29,953 nucleotides of DNA from a virus (lineage: Duplodnaviria > Caudoviricetes), in IMG/VR virus record IMGVR_UViG_3300037139_000037, positions 1-29,953 of that record, one strand, 5' to 3'. The notes under the pieces were generated by a model. The model had not been told where the DNA came from and did no database searches. It worked only from the letters and a program-made list of their open reading frames with translations. Every line of letters begins with the position of its first letter. Position 1 is the first letter of the stretch. Positions 16,705 through 25,638 of this stretch are shown piece after piece. Made by a program: the position numbers and the translations under genes.

Positions 16705-17139
16705 ATGAGCAGTCTAGGTTGGAGAAAATCGCACTGCAAGAATGGGCATGAGAGAACTCCTGATAACCTATCGGCATACGGAACCTGCAAATTATGTCAG
16801 AAGGAATGCAACACTGCTAGTTGGCAAAGACGCGATAAAGAGAGCGATTTTCAACGCAAACGCACCACCTCTATAAAAAGAAAGTATGGCATCTCTGTTG
16901 AAGAGTACGACTCCCGGTTGGCACGTCAGGGAAATAAGTGCGCTTTGTGTGGTGAATGGTTCTACGGAAAAGGACTCGGAAGCCCAGCCTTCGACCACAA
17001 TCACGTCAATGGTGATTTACGGGAATTTCTACATAAAAAGTGCAATGTTGCTCTGGGTTTATTTGAAGACTGCTTAGAAACCTGTGAAAAGGCAGTAGTT
17101 TACCTACAGAAGCACAGCCAAGGCAAACTGCTTTACTGA
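16705..17139 (+). CDS. Endonuclease VII-like homing endonuclease
   Basis: KYGISVEEY...QGNKCALC...FDHNH...REFLHKKCNVALG; N-terminal HCKNGHE module. Confidence 0.88.
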   Translation: MSSLGWRKSHCKNGHERTPDNLSAYGTCKLCQKECNTASWQRRDKESDFQRKRTTSIKRKYGISVEEYDSRLARQGNKCALCGEWFYGKGLGSPAFDHNHVNGDLREFLHKKCNVALGLFEDCLETCEKAVVYLQKHSQGKLLY

Positions 17140-17224
17140 TCTGATCGCACTGCGCGATCACATAGGTTACCCAAGGAGAGTATAATCGAAGCAACAGTAG
17201 GTTGCGCGGTTTCTGGAGCACACT

Positions 17225-17638
17225 ATGACTAAAGAGCAAGTAGCCACGAAGTATGCAAGGCAATGCACTTATCAAAAAGAAAATGTAGAACATATAAGGG
17301 CACGGAGATTGAAAAGGCGTGTTGAAAACCCAATCAAGTATATCTTAGACACTAAACGCAGAACATGCAAGATGTTTGAGGTAGAGTTCTCTTTGGATGA
17401 GTCGGATATATGTCCTTTGCCAAAGGTGTGTCCAGTGCTTGGTATTGTTCTGAACTATGCAGTGACTTCAGGTAAACCAGAAGACAACTCCCCATCTATA
17501 GATCGCCTAGACAACAGCAAAGGTTATGTGCATGGTAATGTTCGTGTGATTAGCAACCGTGCAAACAGACTGAAGGGTGATGGTACAATAGAAGAGCATC
17601 TGAAAGTGATAGTCTACATGAAAGGTGAAAATGCCTGA
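17225..17638 (+). CDS. HNH-like endonuclease
   Basis: CPVLG...SPSIDRLDNSKGYVHGNVRVISNRANRLK. Confidence 0.82.
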   Translation: MTKEQVATKYARQCTYQKENVEHIRARRLKRRVENPIKYILDTKRRTCKMFEVEFSLDESDICPLPKVCPVLGIVLNYAVTSGKPEDNSPSIDRLDNSKGYVHGNVRVISNRANRLKGDGTIEEHLKVIVYMKGENA

Positions 17639-20258
17639 GTTGGTACAACAACTGCGACCGCTCGACTTGAGCAGTCTGCAGCCTCATCTCAAGGTAACTG
17701 TGATTCATGATGAGGCAGGACTTCTGCTGTTGAAAGATTATATCGCACGCAAGAGATATAGCGGGGACTTTGCCGTAGGTCTCGACACTGAAACCAACAT
17801 GTGCGATGACTTCTGGTTTCGCCGCTGCCGCTTGATTCAGATTGGAGACCGCGATGAGCAGTTCGTTATCGACCTCCTTTCCTTCGCAGGGTCCAAGGAT
17901 AGACTCATTGCTACGCAGGGAGAATACGGAATCAATGCCGAAGGTGTCTACGATGAAATCCTAGAAGTATTAAGGCCCGTGCTATGCACACGTGACTTCC
18001 TGAAGGTGGGACAGAACCTCGCATTCGACTACACCATTATGTGGTGGAACTTCGGTATGCGTATGTGGCACCTGTACAGCACAGACATCTCAGAGCGCGT
18101 GATTCAGGCAGGAACAATCTCACTGAAGAAGATGGCTGAGTTCTCCATGGCGTCAATCGCTGCACGTCACTTCCATTTGCTGATTGACAAGAGTGAACAG
18201 GAAGGGTTCGACCTAGAAACTCCGCTGACTCAGAAGCAGATTGATTACGCCGCGTTCGACGTACGCTTTCCACATGCTATGCGACAGGCGCAGATCAACA
18301 TTATGACTGCAGATCAACTGCTCACCACTGCACAGATTGAGAACGACGCTCTTCCTATGTTCGCTGACATGCCTCTCAACGGTCAGAACTTGGATGACGA
18401 CCGCTGGAAGGAGCGCATTCAACACGTACTGGAGCGGCGTGAGGGAGAGTTGAAGACTCTCGATGAAGGCTTCATTCCCATTGTAGGAAAGAAGAACGAA
18501 CAGATTGATGAGCCGGAGATCGAACGCCGCTACAAACATTGGCAGGAAGACTTCCAATTTCCCACACAGCTTGAAATTGACTTAGCATCGCAGAAGCGTC
18601 TGGAGAAAGATAAAGAGAAGAAAGCAGTGATTGGTGCTCTCTTGAAGGCAGAAGCCGCGAAACGCGCCGTGGCGAAAGCCGATGCTCGTGCTGCCCACTC
18701 AGAACTCAGCAAGAAGCGCACTGTGTGGAAGAATAAGTTAGAGGATTGCGAAGGCGAAGCCTACATCAACTACGGGTCACGTGATCAGTTGCTCGCGGCG
18801 TTACAGCAGATGCCGGGGATGCGCATCATAAAGGACACCACGGATGACACACTCCTGTGGTTCAACGACCGTCCGCTGATACAGACACTGAGGAAGTACA
18901 ACAAGGGGAAGAAGGACACAGGAACTTATGGAGTTCAATGGACACAACGATGGATCACTAAGCCCCTGTCCAAAGAAGGATGGCGACACCCCTGCGATGG
19001 ACGACTACATTGTGTGTTTTCACAACTTGAAGCCGAGACTGGTCGCACATCTTCATCAAAACCCAACGCACAGAACTTGCCTAAGGATGATGAGGTACGC
19101 GCCTGCTTCATCTGCGATCCACCGAATCCATTAGTCCGCGTTTCGGTGTGCTGCGATGCTGACGCATATATAGTGAACAGCAAGTACACCTGCGCGAAGT
19201 GCAAGGAATACTGCGATACCAAAGACGAAGAGATGTGCATCGTCACCTGCGATATGGCTGGAGCCGAACTCCGCATCATTGCAGAGTTGGCGAACGCTAC
19301 ATCGTGGATCAACGCCTTCAACAAAGGCTGGGATGTCCACTCGGTCTCCACGGAAATCTTGGAGCCACAAAAGTGGCCTGCACTGCAGTGCCTGGGTGGT
19401 GAGAAATGGTTCGACAAAGAAGCTGATGGAGGCAAAGGCAAAGAGGTAATACTTCCGCCGTGCGGCTACTATGCACTGGATGCGGAGGGTCAACCAAAGA
19501 GACAGAAGTGCAAATGCCCTGCGCACGCAGAGCTACGTCAGAAAACAAAGTCAATAAACTTCCTGTTGTGCTACGGTGGTGGTCCTGCGGCTCTGGCCGA
19601 TGAACTGGGAATCACTGTGGACGCGGCGAAGGAATTGATGCGTCAGCACGAGGCAGCATTCCCTGATGTCTGGGGCTACCTCGAACGCTCTGGTAAACTC
19701 GCAAAGGCTATGCGCGAGGCCCGAGACATGTTTGGTCGGCGTCGTTCATTCCCTATTCCCACAAGGCAGATGGCTAAGGAGTGGTGGCAGGACGAACATG
19801 AAGAGGACTTAGAACTGTCCGACGATGAAAAGAAGGCCAGTCTATTCAGCTTCAGATCAACACAGCTACGAGAACCTACCAAAGCAGAATTGCATCAACT
19901 CACACATAGGAACCCTACCGAGAAGGAAATTGAAAGGGCTCTGTATGCTCTGGCAGGTAGCGTAGAACGCCGTGGTAAGAACCATTGCATCCAAGGCACG
20001 AACGCTTCGATCATCAAACGCGCCATGGGCTGTGGGTTCGACAAGAACAACAAGCCGTACCTATGGCACACACTGCCGCAGTACCGCGCTAAGGTCCAGA
20101 ACATGGTTCACGACGAACTCGTCATTGGCTGCCCGAAGAGATTTGGGAAGTTGGTGGCAGAACTCATCGCGGATGCGTTCAAACGTGCGGCGGCGGAAGT
20201 GATGCACATGGTTACTATGGAAGCGGATTATCACATCGCAAATCGCTGGATGAAGTAG
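17631..20258 (+). CDS. polA: Family A DNA polymerase with 3'-5' exonuclease
   Basis: Exonuclease motifs LDTET, GQNLAFD, YAAFD; TGRTSSSKPNAQNLP; motif A DMAGAELR, B RQKTKSINFLLCYG, C VHDELV. Confidence 0.96.
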   Translation: MPELVQQLRPLDLSSLQPHLKVTVIHDEAGLLLLKDYIARKRYSGDFAVGLDTETNMCDDFWFRRCRLIQIGDRDEQFVIDLLSFAGSKDRLIATQGEYGINAEGVYDEILEVLRPVLCTRDFLKVGQNLAFDYTIMWWNFGMRMWHLYSTDISERVIQAGTISLKKMAEFSMASIAARHFHLLIDKSEQEGFDLETPLTQKQIDYAAFDVRFPHAMRQAQINIMTADQLLTTAQIENDALPMFADMPLNGQNLDDDRWKERIQHVLERREGELKTLDEGFIPIVGKKNEQIDEPEIERRYKHWQEDFQFPTQLEIDLASQKRLEKDKEKKAVIGALLKAEAAKRAVAKADARAAHSELSKKRTVWKNKLEDCEGEAYINYGSRDQLLAALQQMPGMRIIKDTTDDTLLWFNDRPLIQTLRKYNKGKKDTGTYGVQWTQRWITKPLSKEGWRHPCDGRLHCVFSQLEAETGRTSSSKPNAQNLPKDDEVRACFICDPPNPLVRVSVCCDADAYIVNSKYTCAKCKEYCDTKDEEMCIVTCDMAGAELRIIAELANATSWINAFNKGWDVHSVSTEILEPQKWPALQCLGGEKWFDKEADGGKGKEVILPPCGYYALDAEGQPKRQKCKCPAHAELRQKTKSINFLLCYGGGPAALADELGITVDAAKELMRQHEAAFPDVWGYLERSGKLAKAMREARDMFGRRRSFPIPTRQMAKEWWQDEHEEDLELSDDEKKASLFSFRSTQLREPTKAELHQLTHRNPTEKEIERALYALAGSVERRGKNHCIQGTNASIIKRAMGCGFDKNNKPYLWHTLPQYRAKVQNMVHDELVIGCPKRFGKLVAELIADAFKRAAAEVMHMVTMEADYHIANRWMK

Positions 20259-20265
20259 GAGAATC

Positions 20266-20433
20266 ATGGCATACCTAAACTGTCCGTTTTGTCCTGCTCA
20301 ATCTTATCCTGTGAGAACCGAGGACTTTCCACAACTCGGTTGTCACATGGATAAGTTTCGCTGTAGCTCACAACATATTTTCTACACAAAAATGGAGGAA
20401 GACGATGTGTCCAGAACAGTTACTAATGATTGA
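20266..20433 (+). CDS. Small zinc-ribbon protein (55 aa)
   Basis: AGGAG SD; CPFC...CSSQH. Confidence 0.65.
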   Translation: MAYLNCPFCPAQSYPVRTEDFPQLGCHMDKFRCSSQHIFYTKMEEDDVSRTVTND

Positions 20434-20677
20434 AGTAGCAACAGAACTAGCGCGTGCGCGTGAACTATTCAAACCAATACACAGCCCCCACGAGGGACTT
20501 GGCATTGTGCAGGAAGAGTTCGAGGAGTTCAAACTGGAAGTCTATGCATTCAACATGGCTAAGGGCAGGGACACGCGCCCTGCAATGCGCAAGGAGTTGA
20601 TTCAGTTAGCCACCATGGCTCTGCGAACTATTCTCGATGCTCTGGAGTTTGACCCAAGGGAGAACCCCTACGAATGA
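20405..20677 (+). CDS. MazG-like NTP pyrophosphohydrolase-fold protein
   Basis: HSPHEGLGIVQEEFEEF...KELIQLATMALR. Confidence 0.65.
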   Translation: MCPEQLLMIEVATELARARELFKPIHSPHEGLGIVQEEFEEFKLEVYAFNMAKGRDTRPAMRKELIQLATMALRTILDALEFDPRENPYE

Positions 20678-21111
20678 TCAACGCATATTGTGATGGCGCG
20701 GTGCGTGTCTCTAACCCCGGCGTGGCTTCCTGTGCGTGGGTCATGTACAATGGTAAAGGTGAGCACCTGCATAGCGAATCCTATTACCTTGGCCCAGAAC
20801 TGCGAAGCAACAACTATGCAGAGTATGCTGGTCTCATCCACCTGCTCGAATGGTTGTACGAGCACCAGACACGCAACGTGGTGATCCACAGCGATAGTGC
20901 CTTGGTGGTGAACCAAGTCAACCAGAAATGGGACGTGAATAGCGACGAGTTACGCCCGCTCATGAGCAAGGCGTACGGATTGTTGGTTCAGGGAGCCCAC
21001 GTGCTTAAGCATTGCAAAGGCCACGCAGGTAACATAGGAAATGAAAAAGCGGACAGGCTGTGCAACGAGGAGTTAGACAAGAGGAAAAACTATGAATCTA
21101 GCAAGAATTAG
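20674..21111 (+). CDS. rnhA: Ribonuclease HI
   Basis: YCDGA...NPG, NNYAEY, HSDSALVVNQ, GHAGNIGNEKADRL. Confidence 0.92.
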   Translation: MINAYCDGAVRVSNPGVASCAWVMYNGKGEHLHSESYYLGPELRSNNYAEYAGLIHLLEWLYEHQTRNVVIHSDSALVVNQVNQKWDVNSDELRPLMSKAYGLLVQGAHVLKHCKGHAGNIGNEKADRLCNEELDKRKNYESSKN

Positions 21112-21352
21112 GATGTGGGTGCGTTGCAGTTGGCTAGCGTTCTGCCGCGACTACAAGGATGCCACCAGCGTTTGCTATTCGTGTGGGCGCTACGGGGCCT
21201 CGGTAGTGAGTCTTGTATACCCCAAGCGCCTGTGTAAGGCATGTGAGCAGTCTTTTCAACGCAGATACCATGCGTCCATAAGTATTGCAGATGCTTTTGA
21301 GCAATCTGTTGCTCGCAACCATGATCTGCTGCAGCGAATGGGGGACGACTAA
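21092..21352 (+). CDS. Hypothetical zinc-finger protein
   Basis: CYSC...CKAC; GAGG SD. Confidence 0.65.
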   Translation: MNLARIRMWVRCSWLAFCRDYKDATSVCYSCGRYGASVVSLVYPKRLCKACEQSFQRRYHASISIADAFEQSVARNHDLLQRMGDD

Positions 21353-21579
21353 TGAAAAACACTCACCTGAAGGGACTTGTGCATGGCGCTCTCGCATTGG
21401 GTGCCTTGACAGAAGCCTTGACTACCAAGTCACGCGCAAGGCGCTTACTCAGTGGGGCTGCTTGCGGATATCACGTTCATGCGACAATGTATCACCTGAT
21501 GTATGAACAGGAGGAAACTCATGGCACTGACCAGACGCAAAGTTGGGAAGACGACTACGAAGAGTACTGGGACACCTAA
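21352..21579 (+). CDS. Hypothetical protein
   Basis: TAATG coupling with the upstream gene. Confidence 0.6.
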   Translation: MKNTHLKGLVHGALALGALTEALTTKSRARRLLSGAACGYHVHATMYHLMYEQEETHGTDQTQSWEDDYEEYWDT

Positions 21580-21799
21580 GAAGAAAGTCGAAACACCTGA
21601 TCCCGAGACGTACACAGAGAAGGGTGCAACGAACACAGCGGAGAAGACTACTCCCACGTTAGGCAGGTGCACCAAGTGCAAAGTGATGCCCTCGCACTCC
21701 GAGTCGGATCACCTGTGCTATGATTGCCACATGCTGGATAAAGGCTTCGAGTATGATGCAAAGACAAATCTGTATATACTTTCAAAGAGGAGAAAATAA
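21521..21799 (+). CDS. Hypothetical zinc-finger protein
   Basis: AGGAGG SD before ATG 21521; CTKC...CYDC. Confidence 0.7.
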   Translation: MALTRRKVGKTTTKSTGTPKKKVETPDPETYTEKGATNTAEKTTPTLGRCTKCKVMPSHSESDHLCYDCHMLDKGFEYDAKTNLYILSKRRK

Positions 21800-21800
21800 C

Positions 21801-22307
21801 ATGGGATGTGATTCGCAGTTCGATGATGCACAGCACTGTTCGTGGGAGAGTTCAGTGGAAGCACCCACGCGTTCTCGTTTGGTGACGGACAAAGGCCCAC
21901 GCATTGACACTCGTACGTTTGCAGAGCCACTGAAGATTGAAGAGGAAGACAACATTCCCTGTGGCTGCGGAACTCGTCAGGAAGAGAAGCCACATTACAC
22001 TTTCCCCAATCACAAGACTGGACCAGTAAAGACTGTGGTGTTTTCTGACAATGAGTATTGTACGGCCAAACAAGAAGTAGAAGCAAAGCAGCCTGAATCG
22101 TTTCGACTGTCACAACCTAACCAATATGTGCGACCTCCTCTCACCGCATTCGAACAGGACTTGCGCCGTTTAATCAACAAGTACTCCATGGAGAACGACA
22201 GCAACACGCCTGACCTCATCCTTGCAGAGTACCTGCACGCCTGCTTAACGAGTTTCAACATTGCCACCCGTGCGAGAGAGCACTGGTATGGACGGAGGAC
22301 GTTCTAA
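21801..22307 (+). CDS. Hypothetical phage protein
   Basis: AGGAG SD; C-terminal LINKYSMENDSNTPDLILAEYL segment. Confidence 0.75.
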   Translation: MGCDSQFDDAQHCSWESSVEAPTRSRLVTDKGPRIDTRTFAEPLKIEEEDNIPCGCGTRQEEKPHYTFPNHKTGPVKTVVFSDNEYCTAKQEVEAKQPESFRLSQPNQYVRPPLTAFEQDLRRLINKYSMENDSNTPDLILAEYLHACLTSFNIATRAREHWYGRRTF

Positions 22308-22486
22308 TGACAGGGCACTTCACTACACTTGACCCTGACGCCAAGCGTAAAACTCGCATACGTGGATTCATCAACACTGTTGTGTACCACGAGTACCAAG
22401 ACGGCGTGGACGAGAACGATCTAGATGCAATACTGTTGGAATTCTGGAAGTTCATAGACGAATGTGAAGTAAAACGTCAAAGGTAG
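22307..22486 (+). CDS. Hypothetical protein (59 aa)
   Basis: GGAGG SD; TAATG coupling. Confidence 0.65.
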   Translation: MTGHFTTLDPDAKRKTRIRGFINTVVYHEYQDGVDENDLDAILLEFWKFIDECEVKRQR

Positions 22487-22498
22487 TAGGAGAACACA

Positions 22499-22654
22499 AT
22501 GGACCCAAAACTAAAGGAAATAATCGTAGGGCTCATAGATGCCACGAAGGAACTCACCAAGATAGTGCAAGGGTTGAATCAGCGCGTGGATGTTCTGGAG
22601 CAATTGGCGGCACCACAGCTAATCAGAGAGCGGATACTGCGGAAGTACTCATAA
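22499..22654 (+). CDS. Small coiled-coil protein (51 aa)
   Basis: AGGAG SD; heptad pattern. Confidence 0.65.
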   Translation: MDPKLKEIIVGLIDATKELTKIVQGLNQRVDVLEQLAAPQLIRERILRKYS

Positions 22655-22659
22655 CCCCA

Positions 22660-22707
22660 TGCCCCACCACACGGAATTTCCCCCCCGTGCGCGTGGGGCA
22701 ATTTTTT
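22660..22707 (+). terminator. Intrinsic terminator of the replication module
   Basis: TGCCCCAC...GTGGGGCA stem followed by T6. Confidence 0.7.
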
Positions 22708-22778
22708 GTGCCCAATCGGCCTGCGGCTCGCGCCACATTCTGCCGAGAGGCTTTCCGATTTTTTCCAACGGTTCCCGC

Positions 22779-22820
22779 AAAACAAAAAGCCCCGGTCCTC
22801 CCTTTTGGGGAAGCCGGGGT
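22779..22820 (-). terminator. Intrinsic terminator (convergent)
   Basis: CCCCGG...CCGGGG stem followed by UUUUUGUUUU. Confidence 0.75.
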
Positions 22821-22892
22821 TCTTCGTGTGCGCTAGCCGAGACCTTTGCTTATGGGTCCACACACTGGGGCGCGACCCCAGGTGCATTTGCT

Positions 22893-22923
22893 TGGCAGAG
22901 GTGAGGGAGTCGAACCCTCCTGC
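22893..22923 (-). other. Isolated tRNA 3' fragment (T-arm plus CCA)
   Basis: GAGGG-UUCGACU-CCCUC-ACCUCUG-CCA with no D or anticodon arm. Confidence 0.55.
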
Positions 22924-22929
22924 ACAATC

Positions 22930-23142
22930 TTAGTTTATGGTGAGGCCAATGGTGATGTGTTGGTCGCCATTTTTCCCTATGGCAGAACATTCCCTCACCC
23001 AGCCGGTATCAGTGATCACCTTCGGAGGGATGATGCCGTACAGTTTCTTGATGTCCTCACCTAGCTCATAAGCTGTGAGGAGTGCTTTGCGGTAGTCTTG
23101 CAGAAGCAGGGAATTTCCAGCGGTGTGCGTTTCGTTTTTCAT
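22930..23142 (-). CDS. Hypothetical protein (70 aa)
   Basis: GGAG SD; extended -10 TGGTATACT about 55 nt upstream. Confidence 0.65.
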   Translation of the reverse strand: MKNETHTAGNSLLLQDYRKALLTAYELGEDIKKLYGIIPPKVITDTGWVRECSAIGKNGDQHITIGLTIN

Positions 23143-23268
23143 TGTGTTGCTCCATATGCTCGGCCCCTAAGGGGCTCGGCGGATTTAACTACCCCACCAG
23201 TATACCACACGGCATTAAGAAAAACTACCCTACTTTTTCGCAACGCAGCGTTCAGGATTCCCAGGCGT

Positions 23269-23874
23269 TCACGCGGCATGAACAATGTGTTTCATACGAA
23301 TGCGCTTGGGCAATGCTTCATCCTGCAAGGCTCCTCCTACTTCATCATTGCCTGCCAAAGATTCCATGCGACTCACCATTCCGAGGGAATGCAGCACCGA
23401 GGCTAGACACCCTATGGAAACACCAGGATCACCACGTTCAATTTTTATGAGAGTTCCTCGGCTTATACCAGAGCGCTCGCTTAGGATGGCAGACTGAATG
23501 CGGCGTCGTAGTTTGGCGTTTCTAATGTCTTTCCCCAGAGAACGCAAAGCACGCTGCACAGGTAAAGGCAAAGAGTTGTTACGAGATGCACCATTAACCC
23601 CACCGATTCCACCAGTGTGCACGTTGTAGCACAGCGGATCACCCAAGCATTGAGACACCAGTTCTTCTTCCTTCGCATAAGCTGTGGCGCGATCCTCGTA
23701 AGTTAGCAGGACGGTGCGCTCAAAGTTCTCTACACCGTGCTCAAGTATGGCTCTACGAAGTCTTGCACCAGAGCCAAGGTAGTCATCATCTAGCCAACGT
23801 GTCTTGTGCACACCAATGTAGTACTCCTCTGTTTTCAAGTTCTTTGTTTTGTAAACCATATAAACTATAGACAT
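23269..23874 (-). CDS. GIY-YIG (Seg-like) nuclease fused to an XRE helix-turn-helix
   Basis: MVYKTKN...YYIGVH...YLGSG...AYAKEEE...YN, then LSERSGISRGTLIKIERGDPGVS; GGAG SD and TGCTATAAT promoter. Confidence 0.8.
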   Translation of the reverse strand: MSIVYMVYKTKNLKTEEYYIGVHKTRWLDDDYLGSGARLRRAILEHGVENFERTVLLTYEDRATAYAKEEELVSQCLGDPLCYNVHTGGIGGVNGASRNNSLPLPVQRALRSLGKDIRNAKLRRRIQSAILSERSGISRGTLIKIERGDPGVSIGCLASVLHSLGMVSRMESLAGNDEVGGALQDEALPKRIRMKHIVHAA

Positions 23875-24122
23875 ACCTAATCTCCCGTAAAGTAGTTTTA
23901 TAGAATCATTATAGCACATACCACAGGCATTCTAAATTCCAGAACAAGGAATTAACACGGCCATGGTAATTATCACGGTCATGATAGTTCCATGATGGAA
24001 CTATATTGACACGCATTGCTAAACTAGAAGTGCTAGCTAAACATTGTCAAGCTAGTGAGCGATGTCAAGTTATGGATATACAAAACGCTCCGGGTCCGCG
24101 CCCGCGCTGCGCTCACCGTGGG

Positions 24123-24476
24123 CTATGCCGCCGCGCCGTAGTGCTCTAAGTAGCTGTGCAGTCTTCCTGCTACGTCTTCCCTTAGAATTATCTCCCACCA
24201 CGCCACAAGCAAATTGCAACGCGAGCACAGCCATCCCCGTGCTTTTCCCGTAGCGTGATCATGGTCTTGCTGCAGAGCCATTATCCTCAGGCAGAACACA
24301 CAGGGAGCAGTCTTCTTTTCACCCGTGGCATTCACCACGCCACGCGCCGTGCGCCTGTACCGCCGTCTCGCATCGGGGTTCGCTTTGCGCCACGCTAGGG
24401 TTCTGGCTATGGTCTCCTCTCGGTGGGCCAAGTACCACTCCCGCTTCTTTGCCGCGTCTTGCGTTTTGTCTCGCAT
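24123..24476 (-). CDS. Endonuclease VII-like nuclease
   Basis: CVFC...DHDHATGKARGWLCSRCN; GAGGTG SD; TGTTACAAT extended -10. Confidence 0.82.
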   Translation of the reverse strand: MRDKTQDAAKKREWYLAHREETIARTLAWRKANPDARRRYRRTARGVVNATGEKKTAPCVFCLRIMALQQDHDHATGKARGWLCSRCNLLVAWWEIILREDVAGRLHSYLEHYGAAA

Positions 24477-24751
24477 AGATCACCTCACAACCATTGTAAC
24501 ATAACCCTAGCAAAACCACAAGAGGGGAGTTTTGTCACACAAAGCAACGTATCACAAGGGCCAAGGGCCGCGCCTATGTAGTCCCAGAAAATTTCCTGAG
24601 GTAAGACGCGGCGGCTTCGCAGCGTTCAGGGGAGTCCTTCAGCAACCCCAGAGCCGCGTTGCAGCCGGGGCACAGCAACGCTCTGGGTATGGGCACCTCG
24701 TAGAGTGGGTGCCCCTTAGTAGACCGCGCTGCGCGAGGACAAAAAAATCCC

Positions 24752-25588
24752 CTAGATGATCTCTAGGGGAAAACCAGCACGATAGTCTATCCACCTTGCA
24801 CTTTTCAGCATGTTGCAACTTGACCCATCTCCATGGCAAAGTGGCTGCAGGTTCTCTATGGAGTTTGCCCCGCCGATTGATATGGGCTTTATGTGGTCGG
24901 GAACCATCTTCCTTCCCATGGCTATTACCTCAGCCTCTGCTCTGCCACACCCCAAGCACCTGTTGCCGTGCTCAGCTTTTAGAGCCAGCCATTGTTTACC
25001 CGTCCATGAACCACCGTTGCCTACTTCCCTAGCCCTGCGGCGGTGTCGCACAGCAGCCTGCCTAGATTTTCCAGCAGGGGTTTGTGATTTGCGTTTCTCA
25101 TTGGCTTTGCGCAGTTCTCGGGACCACAGGGTTCTGATAAGGAACTCCTCTTCGTGAGTCAGGTTGGCGTACCAGCGGAGGGAGGCTTTACGCATAGTCT
25201 TTTTCCTGCATTTTGCTGAGCGTTTACATTGCACACTGCAGTACAACTTCTTAGTCGTCTGGAACTCAGTACCGCACTTTGCACATGCTCTAATAATCAC
25301 AGGGTGTTTCTTTCTATTGACTATGGATTTGCGTTGCTTATCACACAGTTTGCATGTGCCATTTGGCGTAATATTTTCCTGCACCCTTTCGTGCCCGTTC
25401 AGGCAGTGCGTCGGCTTGACGCGAGGGCAAGGCACACGCTTGGCACGTACCACTGCATTGCGCCGTATGCGGCGTAGCTCCTTACGCTGTAGGCTCGCCT
25501 CTTTGACTCTCTCTGCAGTTGCTAGGCGCTGGTCAGGCGTCAGCAACGCATCCGCTTTGCAGTTCATGTAACTATTATATCTGGGCAT
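24752..25588 (-). CDS. HNH endonuclease with multiple zinc modules
   Basis: CLGC...DHIKPISIGGANSIENLQPLC...CNMLK; HCLNGHE and CAKC/CSVQC modules. Confidence 0.88.
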   Translation of the reverse strand: MPRYNSYMNCKADALLTPDQRLATAERVKEASLQRKELRRIRRNAVVRAKRVPCPRVKPTHCLNGHERVQENITPNGTCKLCDKQRKSIVNRKKHPVIIRACAKCGTEFQTTKKLYCSVQCKRSAKCRKKTMRKASLRWYANLTHEEEFLIRTLWSRELRKANEKRKSQTPAGKSRQAAVRHRRRAREVGNGGSWTGKQWLALKAEHGNRCLGCGRAEAEVIAMGRKMVPDHIKPISIGGANSIENLQPLCHGDGSSCNMLKSARWIDYRAGFPLEII

Positions 25589-25609
25589 TAGTCCTCACTC
25601 TCATGTACT

Positions 25610-25638
25610 ATTATAGCACAGGTACTGCGCTATGTCAA
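25610..25638 (-). promoter_or_regulatory. Consensus sigma70 promoter
   Basis: TTGACA-17 nt-TATAAT with TG extension. Confidence 0.85.

Noticed and set aside
19105-19530. Intein in the DNA polymerase
   Set aside because: Insertions are short and lack block A and HN-C/S/T termini
22893-22960. Complete third tRNA gene
   Set aside because: No D-arm, anticodon arm or matching 5' acceptor strand; upstream sequence is coding
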